NCBI GenBank assembly: GCA_002686295.1
Contig: NZBB01000006.1
Span: 2,084 to 58,771 of the forward strand
Length of the DNA stretch: 56,688 nucleotides
Origin: Candidatus Woesearchaeota archaeon
Lineage (GTDB): Archaea; Nanobdellota; Nanobdellia; Woesearchaeales; GCA-2686295
Direction of reading: 5' to 3'
The translations under genes and the position numbers were made by a program. Of the stretch, positions 28,667-37,465 are shown one piece after another (within the stretch, counting starts at the first letter, position 1; each line of letters begins with the position of its first letter). Under the pieces are notes generated by a model. The model was not told the DNA's origin. It ran no database searches and was given only the letters and a program-made list of their open reading frames with translations.

Positions 28667-29883
28667 TTATCTTCAATAATAACAGAAAATTCTTCCATAA
28701 TTTTTTTCACTTCTTGTTTTATAAGTTTTGGATTAGCATTTTTTATTTTCTTTTTTAATTCTTTTATTTCTGCTTTTTTATTCTCTATATCCCTTTTTCT
28801 TTTTTCAAGTTTCATTTTATATTCAGATATCTTTGATAAAGAATTATTTTTATTTAGCTTGTCTTTTATTTCACTCTGTTCTTTTATGGCTTTTCTCAGT
28901 TTATTCCTTTTTTCTTTCAAGAATTCTTTGCTTAACTTTTTTATCTCTTCTTCTGTTTTTTCTTTCTTCTTGTCCTTTAATCCTAGCTTGTTTATTGATA
29001 GAAGCATTTTATCCATAACTTCTGATATCGCTATTTCTTCATCTTCAATAATTGCTTTTGAGGGGTTTTTAATATATTTATCTAACAATGTTTCATTTAA
29101 TGAAAGTCGTTTGTACTTTTTGAAAGCTTTTTCTAATGTTGAAAAATGTGTTAATAATTCTTTTTTCATATTTTGTATTTCTAAATCAATTTTTTGTCTT
29201 TCTTTTTTCAATTCATAATAGTCTGAGTATTCGGAACCATTCTCAAGTTTTTTTATATCTAAAACGGATTTTTTCTCTTTCTTTTCAATTTCCTCTAGTT
29301 CCAATATTCTTTTCTTCTTTGATTCCTTTAAAGCAACCATTGTTTCTTTAGCATTATGAAATTGTGAGAACAATTCTTTTAGTTTAGATATTTCTTCAAG
29401 TTTTTTTTCTTTCATTAAGAAGTTTAATCTTTTGGCCGAATCTTCTATTTCTTTTATTTTTCTAACTACTGTAACCAACTCAGTTTCTACAAATTCTTTT
29501 AAAACCATAAAACTCCTCTGTGTTTCCTTGCTCAGATAATCAATTTTCTTTGACAATTCTTTCGAGAATTCCTTTACTTCACCACATAATTTAGGAGGTT
29601 TTATCTCATCAAGAAACAGATTTATTTTTCTTAAATAATTTTTCTTGTTTCCTTCCATTATCTGTTTTACTCTTTGAGGTATGTCCTCATTCATAAGTGC
29701 TGCACCATCAAGTTTTTTCAAAAGTTCTCGAGCTTCTTTTATTCTTGTTTTTGTTTCTTTTTTGAATGAATTTATTATTTCTTCTATACTATTATCTTTC
29801 ATATATTTCTCAGACCAATTTTCAATCTGATTAAATTTTATTCTTTTCTCTTTTTTTTTCTTTAGAAAATCAAATATCCCCAT
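28663..29883 (-). CDS. Lys/Glu-rich coiled-coil hypothetical protein
   Basis: 406-aa ORF with heptad-like charged composition. Confidence 0.75.
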   Translation of the reverse strand: MGIFDFLKKKKEKRIKFNQIENWSEKYMKDNSIEEIINSFKKETKTRIKEARELLKKLDGAALMNEDIPQRVKQIMEGNKKNYLRKINLFLDEIKPPKLCGEVKEFSKELSKKIDYLSKETQRSFMVLKEFVETELVTVVRKIKEIEDSAKRLNFLMKEKKLEEISKLKELFSQFHNAKETMVALKESKKKRILELEEIEKKEKKSVLDIKKLENGSEYSDYYELKKERQKIDLEIQNMKKELLTHFSTLEKAFKKYKRLSLNETLLDKYIKNPSKAIIEDEEIAISEVMDKMLLSINKLGLKDKKKEKTEEEIKKLSKEFLKEKRNKLRKAIKEQSEIKDKLNKNNSLSKISEYKMKLEKRKRDIENKKAEIKELKKKIKNANPKLIKQEVKKIMEEFSVIIEDN

Positions 29884-29974
29884 CTTTTTTATTATAATAT
29901 CACCTTATTTTTAATGATTTCGCTGATTTCTCTTTTTAATTAAATTTTTATAGCTAAAGGTTTTTTATTTACTC

Positions 29975-30295
29975 ATGGTTGCCAAACATTCAAGGAAACC
30001 CTCTAGTCATTTAAGGATTGCAAAAAACAGAATAAAAACTTTGTTCTTTAATGCTGATGAGATTTTTCCTGAAAGTCCTGAGTTATCAGATAGATATGTT
30101 TCTTTGGCTAGAAAAATATCTATGAAATACAAAATAAAACTAGAATCTGAGTTTAAAAGAAAGTTTTGTAAACATTGTTACAAATATTTAAGACCAAGTG
30201 TTAATTGTCGTGTCAGAACTATTTCTAAAAAACTTGTTTATTCTTGTTTTAACTGTAAAAAATTTTCTCGTTTTCAAATAAAGAAAAGCGATTAA
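29975..30295 (+). CDS. rnp4: Ribonuclease P protein component 4 (Rpp21)
   Basis: IAKNRI, RYVSLARKISMK, KRKFCKHC, CFNC zinc ribbon. Confidence 0.92.
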   Translation: MVAKHSRKPSSHLRIAKNRIKTLFFNADEIFPESPELSDRYVSLARKISMKYKIKLESEFKRKFCKHCYKYLRPSVNCRVRTISKKLVYSCFNCKKFSRFQIKKSD

Positions 30296-30375
30296 CTACT
30301 ACACAATAGTTATAAATCGAAAGATTTAAATATTAGTTCTCACATTTTAACCACTATAAAGAGGTGAAACGTAGA

Positions 30376-30786
30376 ATGCTTGAAAAAATAATGCGAACAG
30401 GAAAAAGTAATATTGGAAAAATCATGATAGTTGGTGCAATTTTGATTGGAGGTTATAAAACAACTGATTTAATCAAGAACCCAACATTTGCAGACTTTCC
30501 AAATGAAAAATACGCCATCATAAAAGAATATATTCCAACAAAAACAAACATGGTTACATTCGATATGCTGTCAGGTAAAGACAGAAACTATACGTCTATA
30601 AGAAGTTTGAACTCAAAAATCAACGAAACAATAACAGGCACAAAACAGCCAATGAAAGGGGAAGATGTAGCTTACTTAAAAAATATCCGACAGCTAGATA
30701 ATGAAAAAGGATACACCATAAAAGATATCATCAATATTTACGAAACAAATCCTGATTCTCTTAGAAAAATAGCCATAAAGAGGTAA
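30376..30786 (+). CDS. Hypothetical membrane-anchored protein
   Basis: ATG 30376 follows GAGGTGA SD; short hydrophobic N-terminal segment. Confidence 0.65.
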   Translation: MLEKIMRTGKSNIGKIMIVGAILIGGYKTTDLIKNPTFADFPNEKYAIIKEYIPTKTNMVTFDMLSGKDRNYTSIRSLNSKINETITGTKQPMKGEDVAYLKNIRQLDNEKGYTIKDIINIYETNPDSLRKIAIKR

Positions 30787-30791
30787 TTTAA

Positions 30792-30926
30792 ATGGATAAT
30801 TTATTAATAGAAGAAGAGGAAGAGCTTCGAAAAATAAAACATAGTTCAAAAAAAAGAACTCTCGCAGATTTAAACAAAAAAAATCTTTCAAGCAACGACC
30901 TTGAAGAGATATTCTGTGAAATTTAG
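30792..30926 (+). CDS. 44-aa small protein MDNLLIEEEEELRK...EEIFCEI (below ORF track cutoff)
   Basis: GAGGT SD overlapping the upstream stop; ORF fills the intergenic gap. Confidence 0.5.
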   Translation: MDNLLIEEEEELRKIKHSSKKRTLADLNKKNLSSNDLEEIFCEI

Positions 30927-30963
30927 GAAATCCTTTTAAATCATTTTTATTTCTTAAATAAAT

Positions 30964-31542
30964 ATGAAAAAGATAGGTTGGGGTGCTGAAGCAACTATAT
31001 TCTTAGAGAACAACCGAATATTTAAAAAAAGGTTTAAGAAAAATTATCGTATTGAAGAAATAGATTCTGTTCTTAGAAAAAATCGGACAAAAACAGAAGC
31101 CAAAATTCTTGAAAAAATACCAGTGAAAGCTCCAAAATTGCTAAAAACAGATAAGAAAGAAATTATTGAAATGGAGTTTATTAAAGGCGAAAAAATAAGA
31201 GATATTCTTGATGAAAAACCATTTCTTTGCGAAAAAATTGGAATAGGAGTTGCAATAATGCACAACTCAAGAATAATTCATGGTGATCTTACAACATCAA
31301 ACATGATTATGAAAGATGAAATCTTCTTTATAGACTTTGGATTGTCTTTCTTCTCAGAAAAGATAGAGGACAAAGCAGTTGATATCCATCTATTCAAACA
31401 AGCATTAGATAGCAAGCACTATTTAATTAGTGAAGATGCTTTCAAACTATTTTTAAAAGGATACTCAAAAGTAAATAATTATGAATTAATCATTAACAGA
31501 TTAAAAATGGTTGAATCAAGAGGAAGATACAAGAAAAAATGA
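30964..31542 (+). CDS. bud32: KEOPS kinase/ATPase Bud32
   Basis: GAEA, IHGDLTTSN, IDFGL, EDKAVD, C-terminal RGRY. Confidence 0.93.
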   Translation: MKKIGWGAEATIFLENNRIFKKRFKKNYRIEEIDSVLRKNRTKTEAKILEKIPVKAPKLLKTDKKEIIEMEFIKGEKIRDILDEKPFLCEKIGIGVAIMHNSRIIHGDLTTSNMIMKDEIFFIDFGLSFFSEKIEDKAVDIHLFKQALDSKHYLISEDAFKLFLKGYSKVNNYELIINRLKMVESRGRYKKK

Positions 31543-33233
31543 AGTTAATAAAATTTCTTCTAATAATGCTACTTCTTCCAATTGTACAAGCAAAAACAGA
31601 TAGCATAACACTCTTAACAATTGGAGGCGTAAATGACTTGAAAGGAGGAACAGCAGACATATTTCTAGAAATAAAACCAGGCAAAGGCGCAATATTCATA
31701 GATTCATTTCCATTAACAAAATTAGACACACAAATATCCACTAGATTTGCAAATCAAGTTGCTTGCGACTTTTTAAAAAAAGATTGCTACAAATACGATT
31801 TTTTCTATACTATTAGAGCTAAAGCAAGCATGGTTGGTGGTCCTAGTGCAGGAGCAGCAATAACTATTCTGACAATAGGTGTTTTGTCAAACCTTGAACT
31901 AGGAGAAAACACAGTTATTACTGGCACAATAAACTCCGGCGGATTAATAGGCCCTGTTGCAGGATTAGAACAAAAAATTAATGCTGCTATCGACAAAGGT
32001 TTCACAAAGATAATAGTTCCAAAATGGCAATCAGATATAAATTTCTCAGATATTAAAGTTGATAAAAAAACAAAAATTGTAAAAGTAAAAAATCTTGAAG
32101 AAGCACTATATCATTTTTCAGGTAAACAATTTTCAAACAATGATGCAGAATTGGCTATTTCAAAAGATTATTCTCTGAAAATGGAAGAGATTGCAAACAT
32201 ATTATGTGAAAGAAACCAAATAATAAAAAAAAATATGACTGCATCAAACGAGTCTTTGTTTATTTTTGCAGATAATTTTTTGAACCTCTCCAAAGATTCT
32301 GATTCGGAAAGGAATTATTATTCAAAAGCCAGTTATTGTTTTTCTGCAAGCCTAAAATTTAGAACTCTCGAATACACAAATAAAAGCCAAGAAGAATTAA
32401 AAAAAATATTTAATGAAACCATTTTAGAGTTAGAATCATTCAATTCTTTAATAAATGAAATTGAAATTATTAGTTTGAATGACTTAGAAACTTTTATGAT
32501 TGTTAAAGAAAGATTAATTGATGCTAAAAATTATGTTGATGACATTAATGTTGAAAATATCTCTTATTCATTATTGGCTTATGCAAAAGAACGACTTTTT
32601 AGTGCAGTTGCTTGGTCAAAGTTTTTTGACTTGGAAGGACAAAAAATTGAGCTCAATGATGAACATTTAAGAAATGTGTGCCTTAGAAAAACTGCTGAAG
32701 CTGAAGAAAGAATAAATTATGCTGAATTATATCTTCCAGGGTTTCTTGAAAGTGTAAAAAAAGAAGTTTTAGAAGCTTTTGATAACTACAACCAAGAAGA
32801 GTTTGCAATTTGCATATTTAAAGCCAGCAAAGCAAAAGCTGAAGCGAATATTTTACTAACCGCACTAACAACTCATCAGGATGATTTAGAGAATGTTCTT
32901 GAGGAAAAGTTTGAAGCTATAAAAAAAATCCTTCTTGAACAGGAGAAAAAAAATGTTTTTCCATTGCTTGGCTATAGTTATTATGAATACGCAAAAACCC
33001 TTATTGAATATGATACCAGTTCAAGTTTAACTTTTGCAGAATATGCTTTAGAACTTGGCAGATTAGATCTTTATTTTCCTAAAAAAAGAACTGTTTGGAT
33101 TAATTTCGATATTGAATCATTGAAACTGTTTTTTTTTGGACTCATAATTGGCGCTTCATTAGTAATATTGTTTAAGTTGAAAAACCCTGGAAGATTCCAA
33201 GAATATCGGAATCTCCCCGGGAAAAAGAGGTGA
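31539..33233 (+). CDS. Exported, membrane-anchored S16 (Lon-like) serine protease without ATPase domain
   Basis: Signal peptide, GGPSAG Ser, TGTI, GLEQK Lys, C-terminal TM helix. Confidence 0.85.
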   Translation: MKLIKFLLIMLLLPIVQAKTDSITLLTIGGVNDLKGGTADIFLEIKPGKGAIFIDSFPLTKLDTQISTRFANQVACDFLKKDCYKYDFFYTIRAKASMVGGPSAGAAITILTIGVLSNLELGENTVITGTINSGGLIGPVAGLEQKINAAIDKGFTKIIVPKWQSDINFSDIKVDKKTKIVKVKNLEEALYHFSGKQFSNNDAELAISKDYSLKMEEIANILCERNQIIKKNMTASNESLFIFADNFLNLSKDSDSERNYYSKASYCFSASLKFRTLEYTNKSQEELKKIFNETILELESFNSLINEIEIISLNDLETFMIVKERLIDAKNYVDDINVENISYSLLAYAKERLFSAVAWSKFFDLEGQKIELNDEHLRNVCLRKTAEAEERINYAELYLPGFLESVKKEVLEAFDNYNQEEFAICIFKASKAKAEANILLTALTTHQDDLENVLEEKFEAIKKILLEQEKKNVFPLLGYSYYEYAKTLIEYDTSSSLTFAEYALELGRLDLYFPKKRTVWINFDIESLKLFFFGLIIGASLVILFKLKNPGRFQEYRNLPGKKR

Positions 33234-33324
33234 GTATTAAATGACGTTAGAATCGTTAATCCCCTCTTCAAGAATAGTATATTAAGGATATTATTTAAAT
33301 CTTTCGATTTATAATCATTCAAGA

Positions 33325-33846
33325 ATGGTAACAAACAAAAAATGCGGTAGGTGTGGAGAAAAAGCACTTGTTAAACTCAGTTATACTAAAAGAATTTACT
33401 GCAACGAATGTTTTATTAGAATGATTGAAAAAAGGATTAGAAAAGACTTGCGAATAAACAAGAAAATCGGTGAAAAAATAAATTTGCTGCACGATGATTC
33501 TAAAGAATTCAGAATTGCAAGATTATTTCTAAAAAACATATTTGGCTCGTACAAAAAAATAATTGAAGTGAAAAAAGCCAACAAAAAAACATTGATTGCA
33601 ACTAATCTTGACAGAGAAATAAAAAAACATCTTGAATCATACTTAAAAAATGAAACTTTTAGAAAAAATAACAATAACAACGTCTTGAATAATGTTTTAG
33701 AAGAAGAAATAATAAAAGTTTGTCAAATTAAAAAACTATCTATAGGAAAAAAAGAAATAAAAAATGAATTAATAGAAACTATTGAAAAGAAGTATAGTGG
33801 AACAAAGTTTGCATTAGCAAAAAGTTTCGAAAAAATAATTTCGTAA
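33325..33846 (+). CDS. Degenerate TtuA/Ncs6-like protein (N-terminal zinc finger only)
   Basis: CGRC..YCNECF..IEKRIRK; ATNLD; no SGGKDS PP-loop. Confidence 0.6.
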   Translation: MVTNKKCGRCGEKALVKLSYTKRIYCNECFIRMIEKRIRKDLRINKKIGEKINLLHDDSKEFRIARLFLKNIFGSYKKIIEVKKANKKTLIATNLDREIKKHLESYLKNETFRKNNNNNVLNNVLEEEIIKVCQIKKLSIGKKEIKNELIETIEKKYSGTKFALAKSFEKIIS

Positions 33847-33883
33847 ATTTTCCGAAAAAAAGCAGGAAGGACATATAAAGAAT
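33845..33883 (+). promoter_or_regulatory. TTTTC-C-GAAAA motif plus TATA box upstream of the PLD gene
   Basis: Matches 15714-15753 in sequence and spacing. Confidence 0.55.
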
Positions 33884-33902
33884 TCTTACTTAAACAAATA
33901 TT

Positions 33903-34808
33903 ATGAATTCAAGATTTCTTATCATGATGCTTTTGTTTATTTGTGCCTGCAAAGAAATACCCTCTGAGAAAGGAGAGATAAAAATTTATTTCTGTCCAGA
34001 AGATAACTGTGAACAAGCAATAATAAACACGATAAATAATGACTCAGAAGTTTTGTGTGCGTTTTATGATTTAAATCTTAAAAATCTAACTTCTAGCTTA
34101 AAAAAAGCGAGAGCCGAAGTGCTGATATTCAAAGAAAATTTTGAAGGATACGGCATACCAATAAATAGTAAAGGACTTATGCACAATAAATTCTGCATTA
34201 TCAACGCCGAAAAAATAATTACTGGCTCATTTAATCCTACTTTTAATGGCAATTATTTAAACAATAATAACTTGTTGATTATCAAATCAAAAAACCTTGC
34301 AAAAAATTACTTAGCAGAAATTAAAGAACTGAGAAAAGGAATGCAAAAAAAAACTTCTGAAAAAAACATTCTTTTAAATGACAAATTGGTTGAAAACTAT
34401 TTCTGCCCTGAAGACAACTGCAAAAAAGAAGTATTGAAAAAACTAAGATATGCTAAAAAAAGCGTTTATTTCATGACTTTCTCATTCACAGATAAAGAAA
34501 TAGCAAAACTTCTTGTTGAAAAAAATCAAAAAATAAACATTGTTGGTATAATGGAAAGAAAACGTACCAATATGAAATACAATGTTTTTCATTATTTAAA
34601 TAATTCAGGAGTTGAAGTGATGCAGGATAATAACCCTGGAACAATGCATCACAAGGCGTTCATAATAGACGAAGAAATAGTTATTACAGGAAGCTATAAT
34701 CCAACAAAGAACGGAAATGAAAAAAACGATGAAAACATTTTAATAATACACGATTCAAATATTGCAAAAATTTATCTTGAGGAGTTCTATAAAATAAAAA
34801 ATTATTAA
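33903..34808 (+). CDS. Phospholipase D superfamily (Nuc-like) exported protein with two HKD repeats
   Basis: MHNKFCIIN..TGSFN and MHHKAFIID..TGSYN; repeated YFCPEDNC; lipoprotein-like N-terminus. Confidence 0.88.
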   Translation: MNSRFLIMMLLFICACKEIPSEKGEIKIYFCPEDNCEQAIINTINNDSEVLCAFYDLNLKNLTSSLKKARAEVLIFKENFEGYGIPINSKGLMHNKFCIINAEKIITGSFNPTFNGNYLNNNNLLIIKSKNLAKNYLAEIKELRKGMQKKTSEKNILLNDKLVENYFCPEDNCKKEVLKKLRYAKKSVYFMTFSFTDKEIAKLLVEKNQKINIVGIMERKRTNMKYNVFHYLNNSGVEVMQDNNPGTMHHKAFIIDEEIVITGSYNPTKNGNEKNDENILIIHDSNIAKIYLEEFYKIKNY

Positions 34809-34833
34809 AAAGAAACAAAACAATAAAACATAG

Positions 34834-35730
34834 ATGAAGCATGATTTAAATGTTATAATAATAATAGTTAGTATTTTTCTGCTGACACAAATTTTTGGTT
34901 TGTTCTTAATCAACAAAGATATTTCATCAATAAAAAAAATAGATGATGCAATAGTTATTGAACATCAGGAAACAACTCTTGGTCCCAGACCTGAAACAAC
35001 TGGTTTTTCTTCATTCATATTTCTTTCAATGGCTGTTTTAATTGGTACATTGCTGTTATTGCTTATTATGAAGTATGGAAAAGTAAACCTTTGGAAAACA
35101 TGGTTTTTCTTGGCAGTGTTTTTTTCAATTAGCATATCTTTAGGTGTATTAATAGAATACGAGTTGGCTTTATTCTTTGCATTTATACTTTCGTTTTTAA
35201 AAATGTTCAAAAGAAATGTTCTAGTACATAATTTCACAGAAGTATTAATGTATTCTGGTCTTGCAGTTTTAATAGTTCCAATATTTGATTTGCAATGGGT
35301 TTTTATAATGCTGATAGTTATTTCTATTTATGACATGTACGCAGTCTGGAAAAGTAAGCACATGGTTAAGATGGCTAAATTTCAAGCTAAAAACAATTTG
35401 TTCGCTGGTTTGATGATACCTTATGAACAAAATAAAAAAATTCATTTGAAAATTTCAAAGAAAATTAAAAGAACAAAAGTTCATAACGCTCTTCTTGGCG
35501 GAGGAGATGTTGCTTTTCCGCTAATATTTGCAGGTGTTGTAATGGAAAGTTTAATAAAAAAAGGTTTTACTCCTCAACTGGCTTTTTTTCAAACTATAAC
35601 TATAAGCTTTTTGGTAACAGGTGCAGTTATTGGATTATTTGTTTTTGCTAAGAAAAAAAAATTCTATCCTGCAATGCCTTTCATAAGTATTGCATGTTTT
35701 ATTGGTTACTTCGTAATTTCTCTTTTTTAA
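34834..35730 (+). CDS. Presenilin/SPP-like A22 intramembrane aspartyl protease
   Basis: YD..AVWKSKHM, LGGGD, PAMPF; multi-TM. Confidence 0.9.
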   Translation: MKHDLNVIIIIVSIFLLTQIFGLFLINKDISSIKKIDDAIVIEHQETTLGPRPETTGFSSFIFLSMAVLIGTLLLLLIMKYGKVNLWKTWFFLAVFFSISISLGVLIEYELALFFAFILSFLKMFKRNVLVHNFTEVLMYSGLAVLIVPIFDLQWVFIMLIVISIYDMYAVWKSKHMVKMAKFQAKNNLFAGLMIPYEQNKKIHLKISKKIKRTKVHNALLGGGDVAFPLIFAGVVMESLIKKGFTPQLAFFQTITISFLVTGAVIGLFVFAKKKKFYPAMPFISIACFIGYFVISLF

Positions 35731-36266
35731 TAAAAAATTCTGAAAAGAAAAAAAACAACGTTTATTATAAGAAAGAATAACGTCGCAGCAATAAAAACAG
35801 ACATAGTTAATGGTATGGCACTATATACAATTATAATTGCAATATATGCTGTTAGATTGACTGTTAAATGGTTTGAGAAATGGAATGCCATAAACTTCGG
35901 CCAGAAATGAGAAAAATCCATTATAAACAAGAACAATCCCTCTAATAATATGAATAACACAAGCATAGAGGTTGAGAAATCATAACTACCAATATTTGTG
36001 AAATTAATAGAGTTTTTTTCGCTTAAAAACTTGAATAAATTCATTGAAACAAACATTAACACTAAGCTATTGGCTGTTGCGGTGTTCCATCCTACTTCTT
36101 CATTTTTATAACGTACATAATACATTTCCATAACTATTATTGTTACTATTACTGGTATAATAATCCATTTTGCTGATTGATTCTGAAATGGATTTAAAAA
36201 ATCAAAGAATCTTACCAATATCTCGTCATAGTTCTGATTTAAATATCCTGCTATTGCTTCTATCAT
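35727..36266 (-). CDS. Hypothetical membrane protein
   Basis: About five TM segments; EEVGWNTATANS. Confidence 0.75.
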   Translation of the reverse strand: MIEAIAGYLNQNYDEILVRFFDFLNPFQNQSAKWIIIPVIVTIIVMEMYYVRYKNEEVGWNTATANSLVLMFVSMNLFKFLSEKNSINFTNIGSYDFSTSMLVLFILLEGLFLFIMDFSHFWPKFMAFHFSNHLTVNLTAYIAIIIVYSAIPLTMSVFIAATLFFLIINVVFFLFRIFY

Positions 36267-36303
36267 TAAAACTAATATTTGAAAATTGTATATTTAAATT
36301 TTA

Positions 36304-37113
36304 TTAAAAAGAACTGAGTTTTTTCTGTTTTAAAGAAGCAGCGTAAGAAACAGGATTAACAACCATTCCGTCTCTTGCAGAAATTACTTGAGTAGTGGTT
36401 TTTTTCTGTATTTCCCTGGCTTCATATATTGGATCTGCATCTAGCATTTTTATACCAAAATGTGTTAAGATTGCAAGCTTAGGTTTTGTTTTCTGCAAGA
36501 ATTTGACTACATCTTCAGAATTCAAATGACCTTTCTGAATTAAACCTGAAGGATATTTGCAATTAATAACTATCACATCTGAATCTTTATGATCTTCAAC
36601 TAATTCTTTGCAATACTCTGTATCAGAAGTGTATGAAACAACAAATTTTTCAGCATAGAATTTAAATCCTATAGATGTTGATGTATGTTTTGCATAAGTG
36701 GCCATTATGTTAATATTGTTTATTCCTATTCTCATTCCGTGCTTCATAGCTATAAATCTTTCAACAAGTCCTTTATGATAATTTGAAATGGCTCCTTTTT
36801 CCTCACTTGAACCATGAATTGTTTCCTCATCACAAATAAGTACTCCTCGCTTATCAATGCCTGAATAAGTTGTTGCTGAAATCACTGCGTTTGCATCGGC
36901 CGAATGATTTAAATGATTATGAGATACAAGTATAGCTGTTAACTCTCTTAAATTCATATCGAATTGTTTTGCTCTTACTAATGCTCCTGGACCAGGATCA
37001 ACATGAAATAAAGTACTTCCAAACTTAAAAATTATTCCTCCAGAAGCTCTTAATTGTTTTCCGACAACTATTGAATCTCCACCGGTTCCCAGAAAAAAAA
37101 TCGAGTTATTCAT
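36304..37113 (-). CDS. Metallo-beta-lactamase fold hydrolase with PIP-like C-terminus
   Basis: FLGTGG, DPGPG, SHNHLNH, YTSDT, GHL, LTHFG, ARDG; ends QKKLSSF. Confidence 0.88.
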   Translation of the reverse strand: MNNSIFFLGTGGDSIVVGKQLRASGGIIFKFGSTLFHVDPGPGALVRAKQFDMNLRELTAILVSHNHLNHSADANAVISATTYSGIDKRGVLICDEETIHGSSEEKGAISNYHKGLVERFIAMKHGMRIGINNINIMATYAKHTSTSIGFKFYAEKFVVSYTSDTEYCKELVEDHKDSDVIVINCKYPSGLIQKGHLNSEDVVKFLQKTKPKLAILTHFGIKMLDADPIYEAREIQKKTTTQVISARDGMVVNPVSYAASLKQKKLSSF

Positions 37114-37200
37114 AATCCCAAAATAAATAATACTATTGTTTTCTTAATAAAATTTTCGTTTGAAAGCATCAGATTTAAAAACTAAGGATAATTTTCTAGC

Positions 37201-37460
37201 ATCGCTAGACTGGGTGGCCCATCCTCACCTGTTACTGCAAATGGATGTTGGCAGGGTTGAAGCCTGAAGGGCGGCGTTACTTAAATTAATGGTCTTAATT
37301 GGACCGTCGATGCCTTGTCCTCTAAGATCGTGATTTTTATGAATCGAGTCAGATCAGGAATGAAGCAGCTCTAAGTATTAATCTCGGTGCCTAGAGGGTT
37401 GCAGGGCTGAGGAAAAATTGAGGTAGCTGTTGATTTAAGTTTGCGTCCACCTTCAGGTAC
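37201..37460 (+). ncRNA. ffs: Archaeal SRP (7S) RNA
   Basis: Alu-like 5' GCTAGACTGGG..CCTGT; long helix CCTGAAGG/CCTTCAGG; helix-8 motif CAGATCA-GGAA-TGAAGCAG; TTTAAAAA upstream; ends approximate. Confidence 0.88.
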
Positions 37461-37465
37461 GCACC

